DNA from: Bacteroidaceae bacterium
Lineage (GTDB): Bacteria > Bacteroidota > Bacteroidia > Bacteroidales > Bacteroidaceae
Direction: 5' to 3'
Length of the DNA: 64,000 bases
Assembly: GCA_017464345.1 (NCBI GenBank)
Contig: JAFUAH010000004.1
Location: 1,269-65,268, forward strand
The notes below the pieces were generated by a model. That model had not been told where the DNA came from. It saw nothing but the letters and a program-made list of their open reading frames with translations, and searched no databases. Shown here piece after piece: positions 43,401 to 54,500 of this stretch. The position numbers were made by a program, and so were the translations under genes. Position 1 is the stretch's first letter, and each line of letters begins with the position of its first letter.

Positions 43401-45638
43401 CTACGAAAGGACTTTCTTCAGTTTCATCAACTCTGCCGAACCTCCAGCCAACCAGAGTTTATCGCCAGTGCGAATCTCAAAGTCGGCCCCAGCCACATGC
43501 ATGTTTCCACTCTTCGACTCGAAGCCCACCACCATGCAATGGTACTGGTCGCGGATGCCACTGTCTTTAATGAGCGAACCCACAAGGGAACTCTTAGCTC
43601 CCACCTGTATGCACATCAGTTGCATCAGATTGCCATCGTCCTCTTGCCGGGGATGCTCCACATCGGTGTTCAGTCGCTGACGAAAGTGCTCTATGCGTTC
43701 ATCATCGCCCACTACCTCCAGTATGTCATGAGGGAAAAGCATCGTACTGCCACCAGGTACGTTCAGACGATGATGGTCGCGGAGGATGGCAGCCACATGC
43801 ACTCCCGTACGACCGCCGATACCCAATTGGGCCAGTGTGCGACCGCCCCAGGTGCTGCCCTCCGGCAATGACAGACGGGCAATGTGGAGGTCTCGCCCAC
43901 GCAATTGACGCGCATAGGCTGGTCCCGTATTTTCGCGCCGGGTCAGGTTCTCCATGAAAGTAGTCTCCATGCGCATGCTCACCTTACGTATCCAACGGCT
44001 ACGCACTATCAGCAGTACAATGACCACACTGGCCAATACATGCCAGTACCACCGATAGGGCGAAAGAAAGTTCAGTACATAGTAGACAATATTTGTCGCC
44101 AATACAAAACGAACAAAGATGGTGAAGTGAACCAGCAGACTGCCCAGCGTACCACGGCTGCGCAACAGATTGGCCTCACGAGACATGTTGTTCTTCATGA
44201 TGATGGGACGCAGCAGCGGAGCCAACAACAACAGTACCAGCACACCACAAACGGCATTGCCTACCCAGTGGCCGAAGACATGGCGACAGGCCACCAACAG
44301 CGACACAAACAGCAATGAGATGACAGCTATGCAGAGCACACCATAGACGATGGTCTGCAAAAATATCTTGCGCAGAAAACCTGAAATGGGCGAATAGGAT
44401 GCTTTCGACTTTACCCTACGCTCATTTCTTCTGCCTTCCTCATCCTTCATGCCTGGTTCCTTACCCTTCACACCCTGTTTTCCTCTCAAAGCTTCGGCCA
44501 GTTTTATCATATAGGGCGTGAGAAAGGTGGTAATGATGCTCACAGCCACTACAATGGGCATGAGAAAACTCTCCGTCACCTTCAGTGACTCGCCCAACGC
44601 GGCTATGATAAAGGCAAACTCACCTATCTGTGCCATGGAGAATCCACTCATCAGTGCATCGCTGCGACTACTGCCGGAAAGCAGGTAACCCATGGTACCA
44701 AAGACAGCCTGCCCCAGCAAAATGGCACATACCAACACCAGAATGGGCAGCCAGTGAGTCAGTAGGTCGGCAGGTGAAACCATCATGCCCACCGACACAA
44801 AGAAGATGGCCCCGAAGAGATCCTTTATCGATGAAATGGCCGAATCTATGCGCTCCGCCTCCAGCGTTTCGGCCAATATGCTACCCATCACAAAGGCACC
44901 AAGCGCTGTACTGTAGCCTACCGAATCGGCCACCACTACCATCAGAAAACACAGACCGATGGAGACTATTACCAATGTTTCCTTGTTGATGAAAGAGCGA
45001 TTGCGATGCAGGAAGGTGGGAATAATCCACATGCCCACCAAGAACCACAGCAACAGAAAGAAGCCCAGCTTCAGCAGTGAGGCTATGAGTTCCGCCCCTT
45101 CCAACTTATTGCTCACAGCAACAGCTGATAGTAATACCATGACCACAATGCCCAATATGTCCTCCAGAATGAGTACCGACATCACCTTAGAGGCAAAACG
45201 GCGACTCATCAGCCCCATATCGTCGAAAGCCTTATAGATGATGGTGGTACTGGACATGGCTAACATGCCACCCACAAACATGCAGTTGATGGGAGTCCAG
45301 CCCAGCAGATAGCCGGCACCACAACCGATGCCCCACATAGAGGTCATGATAAAAAAGGCTGCAATGATGGGCGAAGCACCGCCTTTGAGTATTTTCTTGA
45401 AAGAAAACTCTAGTCCCAAGGAGAACATCAGGAAGATGACACCTATCTGGCTCCATACTTCTATGCTCTCGTGCTCCTCCACACTGGGCATATATGGCAT
45501 ATGGGGCCCGGCCAGAAAACCGGCCAAAATGTAGCCTAGCACCAATGGCTGCTTCAGTCGCTTGAATATGATAGTAGTTACTCCGGCCACTATCAGTATC
45601 AACGCAAGGTCGCTAATGAGTTGAGGTAATTCGGACAA
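43401..45638 (-). CDS. Cation:proton antiporter (Kef/YbaL-like) with extra TM block and two RCK_C domains
   Basis: The N-terminus is LILIVAGVTTIIFKRLKQPLVLGYILAGFLAGP. The C-terminus has two TrkA-C-like repeats. Confidence 0.8.
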   Translation of the reverse strand: MSELPQLISDLALILIVAGVTTIIFKRLKQPLVLGYILAGFLAGPHMPYMPSVEEHESIEVWSQIGVIFLMFSLGLEFSFKKILKGGASPIIAAFFIMTSMWGIGCGAGYLLGWTPINCMFVGGMLAMSSTTIIYKAFDDMGLMSRRFASKVMSVLILEDILGIVVMVLLSAVAVSNKLEGAELIASLLKLGFFLLLWFLVGMWIIPTFLHRNRSFINKETLVIVSIGLCFLMVVVADSVGYSTALGAFVMGSILAETLEAERIDSAISSIKDLFGAIFFVSVGMMVSPADLLTHWLPILVLVCAILLGQAVFGTMGYLLSGSSRSDALMSGFSMAQIGEFAFIIAALGESLKVTESFLMPIVVAVSIITTFLTPYMIKLAEALRGKQGVKGKEPGMKDEEGRRNERRVKSKASYSPISGFLRKIFLQTIVYGVLCIAVISLLFVSLLVACRHVFGHWVGNAVCGVLVLLLLAPLLRPIIMKNNMSREANLLRSRGTLGSLLVHFTIFVRFVLATNIVYYVLNFLSPYRWYWHVLASVVIVLLIVRSRWIRKVSMRMETTFMENLTRRENTGPAYARQLRGRDLHIARLSLPEGSTWGGRTLAQLGIGGRTGVHVAAILRDHHRLNVPGGSTMLFPHDILEVVGDDERIEHFRQRLNTDVEHPRQEDDGNLMQLMCIQVGAKSSLVGSLIKDSGIRDQYHCMVVGFESKSGNMHVAGADFEIRTGDKLWLAGGSAELMKLKKVLS

Positions 45639-45663
45639 AAGAAAAAGAATTAAAAATTAATAA

Positions 45664-46671
45664 TTAGAGTCCCAATTGTGCCGAGATTTCCAACATACGA
45701 TTGATGGGACGCACGGCACGTTCGGCTACGGCAGGGTCTACCTCCACGGTGGGCCATTCGTACTTCAGACAGTTATAGAGTTTCTCCAGTGTGATGAGCT
45801 TCATGTAGTTGCACTCGTTGCAGGCACACGTAGAATCGTTTGGTGGAGCAGGAATGAAAGTTTTCTCCGGACAACGCTTCTGCATCTCATGCAGGATGCC
45901 GCTCTCCGTGGCCACGATGAACTCCCGGGCATCGTCCTGAATGGCAAACTTCAAGAGGGCAGCCGTACTGCCCACCTTATCGGCTACACGCACCACGGGT
46001 CCCTTGCACTCAGGGTGCACCAGTATCTTAGCCTCGGGATGCTCAGCCTTCAGGGCCAGAATCTTCTCCAGCGAGAACTTCTCGTGCACATGACAGGCAC
46101 CATTCCATAGGAGCATTGAGCGGCCAGTGATGCTGTTTATGTATCCACCCAAGTTCTGGTCGGGAGCAAAGATAATCTTCTCGTCCTTCGGGAACGACTC
46201 CACTATCTGACGGGCATTGCCGGAGGTCACCACCACGTCGGTCACAGCCTTAGTAGCTGCGGTAGTGTTCACATAACTGATGACGGTATGGTTGGGATGA
46301 GCCTTTACGAATGCCTCAAATGCACCAGCCTCACAGCTTTCGGCCAACGAACAGGTGGCGTTCAGGTCGGGCACCAGTACCTTCTTCTCGGGGCACAATA
46401 TCTTGTTAGTCTCACCCATAAAATGCACACCACACATGACGATGATGTCGGCACTCGTACGGGCAGCCTGCTGAGCCAGTGCCAACGAGTCACCCACAAA
46501 GTCAGCCAAGTCCTGTATCTCGCCGTCCACGTAATAATGAGCCATAATGACGGCATTCTTCTCACGGGCCATACGGCGTATCTCGGTCCTGAGGTCTGTT
46601 CCCTCGGGAATGGGTTCGTCGGCATAACCTTTTTCAGTCCATTTTGCAATGTTTTGTTCAGTTTTCATCAT
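45664..46671 (-). CDS. nadA: Quinolinate synthase
   Basis: Features include MCGVHFMGE, the Cys ligand context (CSLAESC, ACNECNYM) and a HPEC block. Confidence 0.9.
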   Translation of the reverse strand: MMKTEQNIAKWTEKGYADEPIPEGTDLRTEIRRMAREKNAVIMAHYYVDGEIQDLADFVGDSLALAQQAARTSADIIVMCGVHFMGETNKILCPEKKVLVPDLNATCSLAESCEAGAFEAFVKAHPNHTVISYVNTTAATKAVTDVVVTSGNARQIVESFPKDEKIIFAPDQNLGGYINSITGRSMLLWNGACHVHEKFSLEKILALKAEHPEAKILVHPECKGPVVRVADKVGSTAALLKFAIQDDAREFIVATESGILHEMQKRCPEKTFIPAPPNDSTCACNECNYMKLITLEKLYNCLKYEWPTVEVDPAVAERAVRPINRMLEISAQLGL

Positions 46672-47065
46672 TTTATTATTATATGCTTTATTTATTTTTT
46701 CAAAGATAGATAGATATGATGATGATAATAGTATGTTGAAAAGGGGAATAAATAATTGGAGAAATATTTGTCTATGAAGTTATTGTATAAAGGTATACTG
46801 TTATTATTCATTTATTAACATCATCAGAATACTTGTATCTTGCATAGATAGAATGACATATATTTTGTAATTTATCAATTATTAACAGACTATTGATAAG
46901 TGCAAAGATAACAAATATTTTTTGTTTATGGTGATGATAATTCAGCAAAATCTTGTGAATAGTGAATAATAACTTGTCCCCGATGTGGATAATTAAGTAT
47001 TGTTAATGGTGAATTGTCAATTTATTTGTACTTTTGCACCAGGTTATGAACAACTATTGTTAATA

Positions 47066-47602
47066 ATGAGAAAACTGAAAATAACGGAAATGGACCGCCT
47101 ATCGGTGGAAGAATATCGCGAAAGTGATAAGACACCTCTGGTGGTGGTATTGGATCACGTGCGCTCGCTCTATAATGTGGGTTCAGTATTTCGAACAGCC
47201 GATGCTTTTCGTCTGCGTGGAATATGTCTGTGTGGCATCACGGCACGTCCACCACACCCCGAGATACACAAAACGGCCCTAGGGGCCGAGTATAGTGTGG
47301 CATGGCACTACTTTGCAGAGACAGAAGAATGTGTGGTTTGGCTGAAGAAACAGGGATACATCGTCTTGGCAGTGGAACAGTGTGAGGGGAGTACGCTGCT
47401 GAGTTCAGAGTTCAAAGTTCAGAGTTCAAAGTTGGCGATTGTCCTAGGCAACGAAGTAAGGGGTGTACAGCAGCAGGTAGTAGATTTGTGTGACGGCTGT
47501 CTGGAAATTCCACAATACGGAACCAAACATTCCATGAATGTCAGTGTTACGGCTGGCATTGTCATCTGGGAACTATTTAAGAAGTTGAAAGTTGAAAATT
47601 GA
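47066..47602 (+). CDS. SpoU/TrmH-family RNA 2'-O-methyltransferase
   Basis: Motifs are VVLDHVRSLYNVGSVFRTADAF, LGNEVRGV and IPQYGTKHSMNVSV. TACTTTTG at 47026-47033 supports the ATG at 47066. Confidence 0.8.
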   Translation: MRKLKITEMDRLSVEEYRESDKTPLVVVLDHVRSLYNVGSVFRTADAFRLRGICLCGITARPPHPEIHKTALGAEYSVAWHYFAETEECVVWLKKQGYIVLAVEQCEGSTLLSSEFKVQSSKLAIVLGNEVRGVQQQVVDLCDGCLEIPQYGTKHSMNVSVTAGIVIWELFKKLKVEN

Positions 47603-47657
47603 AAGTTTTGCCTTCGGCGTGACAGCCAATAACAATGGCGTAGCCCAACTTTCAACT
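47583..47657. terminator. Hairpin between convergent genes with the same conserved loop ends as 14891-14983
   Basis: The arms are (AG)TTGAAAGTT / AACTTTCAA(CT). The loop starts TTGCCTTCGGCGT and ends GGCGTAGCC. The hairpin overlaps both stop codons. Confidence 0.55.
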
Positions 47658-48304
47658 CACAGCACTCCCGCTTCCACTTGTCGCACGACACGTTCCGTCA
47701 GTTTGTCGTCACCTTCGGGATCGTATTCCTTTTTTAGACTGGCCTTGAAGGTCCAGGCAAACATCTGGTAAAAGGTGGCCCTTGTGGGGCCCAAAAAGGC
47801 CTTCACCACCTCATAGCCCGACTGATTACACTCGCGGTCTACCAATTTTATCAGTAGTTTACCTTGTGAGTACGTCAGTTTCTTCATCTCTGGCTTATAG
47901 GTTTTCATAATTTCCTTTTCCACCATCTTGATGTGGGCTGCCTTTGATTTCTTGTCGGGTAATGTTTCCAGAACTTTGTATGTCTCCTGTATCATGGCAT
48001 TGACCTGCTGAGCCAATGGCAGTACTTTCTTGACATTATATACCAGTCGGTTGTAGCGTTGCTGTTCCTTCTTGTTTTTAAAATGTAAAGGTTGGTAGAC
48101 AGGCAATTCGGACATAAGAATAGTCCAGATGGTATCGCCCTCATAGATATAGTCTCTACCTACTAGATACCATACTTGCTTACGTGCATCCTTGAATTCT
48201 TCACCCTTGAAGTCCTGAATATCCATACCAAGGTCTTCGGTCTGGGCTAGTATGTTAAGCACCGGGCACAGAAAAAGGAATAATATGAAGAACTTATTTT
48301 TCAC
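47657..48304 (-). CDS. DUF4294-like secreted protein
   Basis: GTG start and a signal peptide. TACCTTTG lies 4 nt upstream of the start. Confidence 0.6.
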   Translation of the reverse strand: MKNKFFILFLFLCPVLNILAQTEDLGMDIQDFKGEEFKDARKQVWYLVGRDYIYEGDTIWTILMSELPVYQPLHFKNKKEQQRYNRLVYNVKKVLPLAQQVNAMIQETYKVLETLPDKKSKAAHIKMVEKEIMKTYKPEMKKLTYSQGKLLIKLVDRECNQSGYEVVKAFLGPTRATFYQMFAWTFKASLKKEYDPEGDDKLTERVVRQVEAGVL

Positions 48305-48421
48305 GACTGCAAAGGTACGTATTATTTTTCTTACTCACACTCATCCATAGTCTTTTTTAAGAAAGATTAAAGTTTCGTATTTCTATTTTTGCTTTGTCTC
48401 TTTCTATTATAAAATAAGAAA

Positions 48422-48455
48422 ATCTCTGGACAACCGAAATAGGTTGTCCAGAGAT
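48422..48455 (-). terminator. Intrinsic terminator of ddh
   Basis: ATCTCTGGACAACC-gaaata-GGTTGTCCAGAGAT (14-bp perfect stem), followed on the minus strand by TTTTCTTATTTT. Confidence 0.8.
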
Positions 48456-48492
48456 GTAAATAAGATAAGTATGAAATTTAATGTATGTGTAT

Positions 48493-49395
48493 TTACACTA
48501 GGTGACGGATGATGTCTTCGCGATTGCCGGGTAGTAGGTCGATGACTGGTATCTCTATCATCGTATAGCATCCGGGTTGCTGCTTCATGCTGGCACGGGC
48601 CACGTTTACGAGCACTTGGGCAGTCAGTGCGGGGTTATTTATCTTCATGTTGAACTCGAAGAGTTGGTTGTGGGTCTGACCACTCACACCCTTGCGCACG
48701 AGATTCACGCCGTGGCCTACGTCGTTCAGTGCATCCACACTATCGACCTGGAAGACGTGCGTCTCGTCGGAAGCAAAGTAGGGATCGGCCTTGATAGCGC
48801 GGGTCACTTCCTCCAGGTCGGTACCGTCCTCCAGCTCTACATACACCATACGACGATGTATGCCCTGGCCGACGGGAATGGTCATGGAGAGGGCATCGCG
48901 GACGCCGGCCTTGGAACGGACACATACGCTGTGACCCATTGAGCGGCCCGGGCCGAAGTTAGTGTAGGAGATACCCTTAGGGGCAAGGCTCTCCATCAGT
49001 GTGCGCACGACGCTATCACTTCCGGGGTCCCAACCGGCAGAGATGATGCTTACGGCACCATGTTCCTTGGCCACCTTGTCGAGCGAACGACGCAAATCGA
49101 CGATTTGTCCGTGGATGTCGAACGAATCGACGGTATTGATGCCCTTGGCCAGATATTGCTTAGCATATTCTTCCACGCTGCGCGTCGGGGTGGCCAGAAT
49201 AGCTACGTCCACCTGTCCCAGTTCGTCAATGTCCTTCACTACCTTATAGTCTTCCAGTTCCTTGGGCAGATTCTCAGCACCTCGGCGGCGCACTACACCG
49301 GCCACCTCCATGTCTGAAGCCTCCTGCAGAGCCTGCAAGGCGTACTTTCCAATGTTGCCATAACCTACGATGGCCACTTTAATCTTCTTTTCCAT
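48493..49395 (-). CDS. ddh: meso-Diaminopimelate D-dehydrogenase
   Basis: KVAIVGYGNIGK Rossmann motif. The roughly 300-aa length and overall pattern are typical of Bacteroidetes Ddh. Confidence 0.8.
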   Translation of the reverse strand: MEKKIKVAIVGYGNIGKYALQALQEASDMEVAGVVRRRGAENLPKELEDYKVVKDIDELGQVDVAILATPTRSVEEYAKQYLAKGINTVDSFDIHGQIVDLRRSLDKVAKEHGAVSIISAGWDPGSDSVVRTLMESLAPKGISYTNFGPGRSMGHSVCVRSKAGVRDALSMTIPVGQGIHRRMVYVELEDGTDLEEVTRAIKADPYFASDETHVFQVDSVDALNDVGHGVNLVRKGVSGQTHNQLFEFNMKINNPALTAQVLVNVARASMKQQPGCYTMIEIPVIDLLPGNREDIIRHLV

Positions 49396-49431
49396 AATAC
49401 CTATTAATTCTTAATTCTTCTTTTTTAATTC

Positions 49432-50826
49432 TTAATTTTCAACAGAGAACATCGGGTCCCAAGCCGGCAACTTCACGGGTTTCTGCTTTAAGAGGGAGAG
49501 AATGTTTTCGGGGATGTACTTCTTATTTACTACTACGCGGAACATGTACTCGCGGAACCATTCGTCGGTCATGATGAGGTGACCGCTGTAGCCGTAGGTA
49601 GGGCCCCAGGAGTTTTCCACCTTCCACTTTGTCGGTTTGCCGTCCTTGTCAAGGTCCACAGCCACGAGGGTCATGGCGTGACTCGAACCCGAGTCGTGGG
49701 TCTGTATGCGTTGCTTCTTGGTCATACCGAATGTGGTGCCGAAGAGGTCGGCGTAGTCGTAGTTGTTTACGTCCAGCAGACCATTGGCGCGATTCAGTTG
49801 TTTGCCTACGTCACACGAGAAGTACATGGGCACACTGTCCTGCAGCGAAGCGATGGCCAAGGGGGCGAGGTCGTCGATGTCGAGATTCAGATACAGCCAG
49901 TTGTGACCGTCATAGACGTGGCGGTCCATGTCTATCTCATATACCTTATTGTAGGGACGGCTGGGGTCGTTCATCAGCATCACGTAGTCCGCATTCAGGT
50001 CTTCCTCGGGAGCGCACACCTCCTTGTAGAACGACAGCGGCGTGTATCGCTTCGGTTCGGAGAGCAGTTTGCCCTTCTTGTCTCTGGGTGCCCAGGTGAA
50101 TTCCTTTACAGGCTCTCCGTATGCCATGACAAGCATCCGATAGACCACCTTCAGCTGTTCCACCTTGTAGGCTTCCAGTTCTTTCACGCTCTGTCCGGCT
50201 TCGCTCTGTTCGCGGATGTTGATGGCTATCTCGCGCAACTTGCGCTTCAGGTGACCGTTGAACTCGCTGGTCGAGTTCGATACGTAAGTCTCCGGCATGA
50301 TGTCCTTTGGCACCAGTCCGTACTTCGTCACCAAGTCGGCCACGCCCGTATAAGTACCGCCGTCCGAGAGTGGGTTCGACATGAGCCACTGCACCTGTTG
50401 CGAGTCGATGTCCTGCTTCCGTGTATCGATGATACCCTGTAGGAACAGGTTCGACTTCTCCAGTTGGTCGTAAAAGAACGTATAGACGTGGCTAAACATA
50501 AAGCCCTCAATGCGCAGGTTCTTCATGGCCCGTTGGCGCAGTACGTTTGTGCCCGTAAACAGCCAGCACCGACCCGAGCTCTCCTGATTCGAGATGCCCG
50601 AGTTCTTCACTTCCACCGAGAACCACGTGTCCAGTGCCTGCTGATTGTTCTGAACCAGTGCCATTTTATTGATACTATTACTCTGTATGGCATTCTGCAG
50701 TGCCCGTTCAGTTCCCGTCATACTTCCTGTGCTTTCTAACTTCGCAAGCACCTCCGGCGTTATCGCCTCTTGTGCCTGCATCATTCCGCAGCATAACAAT
50801 GCCGCAATAACTACTTTTCCTTTCAT
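49432..50826 (-). CDS. pepC: Aminopeptidase C / bleomycin-hydrolase-like C1 cysteine peptidase, secreted
   Basis: The catalytic Cys context is QESSGRCWLF, the His context is SSHAMTLV, and ENSWG is present. A signal peptide is present. Confidence 0.8.
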   Translation of the reverse strand: MKGKVVIAALLCCGMMQAQEAITPEVLAKLESTGSMTGTERALQNAIQSNSINKMALVQNNQQALDTWFSVEVKNSGISNQESSGRCWLFTGTNVLRQRAMKNLRIEGFMFSHVYTFFYDQLEKSNLFLQGIIDTRKQDIDSQQVQWLMSNPLSDGGTYTGVADLVTKYGLVPKDIMPETYVSNSTSEFNGHLKRKLREIAINIREQSEAGQSVKELEAYKVEQLKVVYRMLVMAYGEPVKEFTWAPRDKKGKLLSEPKRYTPLSFYKEVCAPEEDLNADYVMLMNDPSRPYNKVYEIDMDRHVYDGHNWLYLNLDIDDLAPLAIASLQDSVPMYFSCDVGKQLNRANGLLDVNNYDYADLFGTTFGMTKKQRIQTHDSGSSHAMTLVAVDLDKDGKPTKWKVENSWGPTYGYSGHLIMTDEWFREYMFRVVVNKKYIPENILSLLKQKPVKLPAWDPMFSVEN

Positions 50827-50942
50827 ATTGTCGGTATTTGGTTACAAAGTTAATACATTTTGTTAATATAGTAATAAATTATCAATTGAAATGTAATTGA
50901 AAAAATCATTATTCATTATAAATAGGTATCATTTTGATGAAC

Positions 50943-51599
50943 TTACAAACTATTTCCATATTTGTCTAACCACTCTTGTGCCTGTTTATAATTGGGGCAA
51001 TGAGAATTGAGTAATGTCTGAAACTTGATGGTATGTTTCATAATGATAGTATGGCAAAGTTCGTGGGTTATGACATAGTCGATGACAAAAGGTGGGGCTT
51101 TGATAATCCTCCAGTTAATGGATATATTCTTTTCTCTGGAACAATTGCCCCACTTCCTTTTCTGACTTCTGATATATAGGTGGTTGTAAGGTAGAAGTAG
51201 ATTTGATGATAAGAGACGAATCCTTTTCTCTATATATTTCCGCGCTTCCTTTTTTAGCCATTGTTCTTGCACTTCGCTATCCAAAAGATTCTGTCGGGCT
51301 TGGATAGTTTTGGTATTATGATTGATAACGATTTTATATTTATATGTAGTAGAATAGAAATAAGTATATCGGTTGCCTAACAATAATATTTCGTTTCTGC
51401 GTAAGAGAATCTTTGCTTTTTGTTTGAAATAGTTCTGTTTGGATGCAATCCACGAACTTTTCATGTTCAGCACCTTTTGAATGTCCTCATCTGTAAAAGC
51501 AAAGGGAACGAACAGATGTACGCTGCCATCCTCATGCACACGAAGTCTGGCATGTTTGACATCCCGTCGGACAACATTATAGTTTTCGGGCAGCACCAT
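50943..51599 (-). CDS. YgjP-like (DUF45 / M48-type) zinc metallopeptidase
   Basis: HELCH motif (VITHELCHTI). Its ATG overlaps the hsdR stop (TGATG). Confidence 0.7.
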   Translation of the reverse strand: MVLPENYNVVRRDVKHARLRVHEDGSVHLFVPFAFTDEDIQKVLNMKSSWIASKQNYFKQKAKILLRRNEILLLGNRYTYFYSTTYKYKIVINHNTKTIQARQNLLDSEVQEQWLKKEARKYIEKRIRLLSSNLLLPYNHLYIRSQKRKWGNCSREKNISINWRIIKAPPFVIDYVITHELCHTIIMKHTIKFQTLLNSHCPNYKQAQEWLDKYGNSL

Positions 51600-54500
51600 C
51601 AATTTAGGCTAAAATTTGTTTTTACGGAATTCATTATCAATTCCGCCGTTTGGTCGTCAGTATCAAGATTCATGGCTTCGTATTTCGGATTGGCAGCCAA
51701 TAATGCAAGTTCACCTTTTAGTCGGTTATATTCTTGGGGAACTTCTTGCCATCCAATGTAGATGTGTCCTCGAATTACATTTGTAAAGTCATCGGCAAAA
51801 TCCCTTACCAACTGTTCTTGGAAATTGGATATCTCGTTCTTGATAATCTGATAAATCTCAAATGTCCCCTTGTCTCTAAATCCCATTCGGCGAGGTATTT
51901 CAATAGCCTCATCTACATCTGTATAGAGTTCACTCAACTTTTTCAAGAGTCCTTCTATCTCAATGGTATTAGCATTCTTTTGTCGAATCAGGGCATCCAG
52001 TCGTTCCTGAAATTCTATGTATATGGCACTATTGTTCTGATTCGTACGAATCATGGTCTCAATGTCACGGATGATTTTCTCTGCCTTGTCACTGGGCGAG
52101 AGTTTTGTTTCCTGCAGTTTTGTCAGATAGTCGGCATCGATGGCTATTTCTGGTAAATGACCTCTGAAATCGAGTAAGGTGGCATTCTCTTTCAGCAGTT
52201 TTTGTGTCTGGGCCGCATAGAAGTCGGCATCGAAGTCAGAACGACGAAACTCCTCCATATAGAGTTCGTAGATGGTAACCAACCATAAATATGGATTTCT
52301 GAATGGGCGAAGCCCTGGATTGGGGCTGATTGCCTCCCACAATTGTACCACTTTGTGGAAGTCGTTTTCAAACTTTCCGTGGTCAATTTCGCTGAGTTTG
52401 CGTATCAGTGCCATCTGGCATTCGTAGGTATCCTCCAGTTTAATATTCTCAAAAGGCTTAAAAGCAGTGTGCAGTACTTTTGGAAAATCTTTCAACAGTG
52501 CATCCACGTCTTCAAACTCTCCAATGTCTTCGGGATCGTAGTTCAGTGCCTCTTTGTAATTTTGGAAAATGCCCACATAATCTACTATTCGCCCAAATTC
52601 CTTTGAGAGTTTAGTGACCTTGTCATCATAAGGTCTATTCGTTCTGGCCACGGCTTGCAACAGATTGTGGTCTCTCAGTGGGCTGTCCAGATACATGGTC
52701 TGCTCAATGGGTGCATCGAATCCCGTCAATAACATATTGCAGACAATGAATATCTTCAGGTTATTGCCCTTGGCTATTTCCTCGCCGGTGATGCGTGTCT
52801 TGAAATTCTCAATCAGTCGTTTCCGCTCTTTTTCATCGAGATAGAACGGAGAAAACATTTTGTATTGTTCGCTGGTTTCATATTGTCCTGTAGAGAATAT
52901 GATTTGCAGTTCCGACTTATCGAAGTATTTCAGTAGTTCGTGATAATACATTACGCAAGCCTCTTTGTCGATAGCCACCACCTGTGCCTTGTAGCCTTGC
53001 GGTTCCAAGCGCTCACGGAAATCTTCGGCTATGTCCTTAGCCAGCATAGCGATGCGCTCGGGCTTTTTCATCAGCGTTTTCCAGGGTTGCACCTTTTGCT
53101 CCACCTGTCGTCTTTCGTCTTCTTCCAGGTCGGCGGTGATTTCCTCATAACCCTTTTTCAGATTTTCTCTGTCCAAAAACCATTGTGTCGGCCCAAAAGT
53201 GTATTTGATGGGTTTGGTGGCCCCGTCTTCGATGGCATCTATCACGCTGTATTTGTCCAGATAGAATTCCATCTTTCCATCGCTGTCCTTGATACCAAAC
53301 TCACGGTGGGTCTTGGGGACTGGTGTTCCCGTGAAAGCAAATCGCTTGGCATTGGGCAGAACGGCCCTTAGTTCCATTTGGTAATCGCCGTATTCCGTGC
53401 GGTGCGCCTCGTCTATCAGCACGATTACGTTGTCCCGTTCGTCCTTAATATCTCCCAGTTCCCGAAATTTCTGTATGGTAGTGATAAACACGCCTGCGGG
53501 TTTATTCTTGATGATGGAGATTAGGTCGCCAATGGAGGTCACTTGTCTTGCATTGGGAAATACACAGTCGAGGAACGTATCGCCCATCTGGTCTTTCAGT
53601 TCCTTACGGTCCACAACGATGTAGATAGTTGGGTCGTTGAGCGACATCTCACGCCGCAGTTTGTAGGCTGTATAGAGCATAGTCAGTGACTTTCCCGAGC
53701 CTTGTGTGTGCCATATCACTCCCTGCTTTTTGTCGGTATGCGCCACGCGCTCCACAATCTTGTTGGCAGCACGTAGTTGTTGGTAACGGGCTACTTTCTT
53801 GATGATTTTCTCGTCTTCCCGTTCAAACACGATGAAGTGTTGCAGGAAGTCCAGCACTCGCTCGGGTTGCAACAATCCGATGATGCCGAACTTCATTTGT
53901 TCCAGCAGTTTCCCATTGGGTAGGTGTTCCACATCGAAGTGCATCGCTCCGTCTTCCTCGTCCCGATAGGTTGTGCACAGGTCATTGCCGGGAGCAAGGA
54001 TGGGATTGGCATGTTCGCAGGCGAGCGTAGAGTCTTTCCATTCGTTGAAGTACGACGATGAGGCTCCCGGTATGCCGTATTTGCAAAGTCGCCCATTGCA
54101 AGCCACACCAAATAGATGTGCCATAAAGAGTTTATCACCTCTTTGGTCGTAGGTCTGGAATTGACTGACACCCTCTAACCAGTTCGTACCTCTCCGTGCA
54201 CATTGTTTAGCCTCTATCGGCACTAGTGGGATACCATTTACCAACAGACAAATATCTACACGAATCTGTTGCACACTATATTGATTGGTCACGATAAAAC
54301 TGTTCTGCCAGATGTTCTCAAAGTCGATAAACCGAATGGTCTTGTCCTCTCTGTCAACAGTCAGCGTCACACCATTCACCAACTGATTCAGAAACTTCTC
54401 GTTTCCTTCTATTGGACTTTGATTCTGCAGGTTGTTTAGCAACATCTCTACAGCCGTCTTAGCCACAGATTGTGTAACGCCGTTTATCGCTTTCACCTTC

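Noticed and set aside
46672-47065. NAD-type riboswitch in the long AT-rich region upstream of nadA
   Set aside because: The region is extremely AT-rich with no stable conserved stems that I can see. The known nadA-motif riboswitch is, to my knowledge, restricted to other phyla. It is more simply a divergent promoter region (TATCTTTG on minus near 46899-46910, TACTTTTG on plus at 47026-47033).
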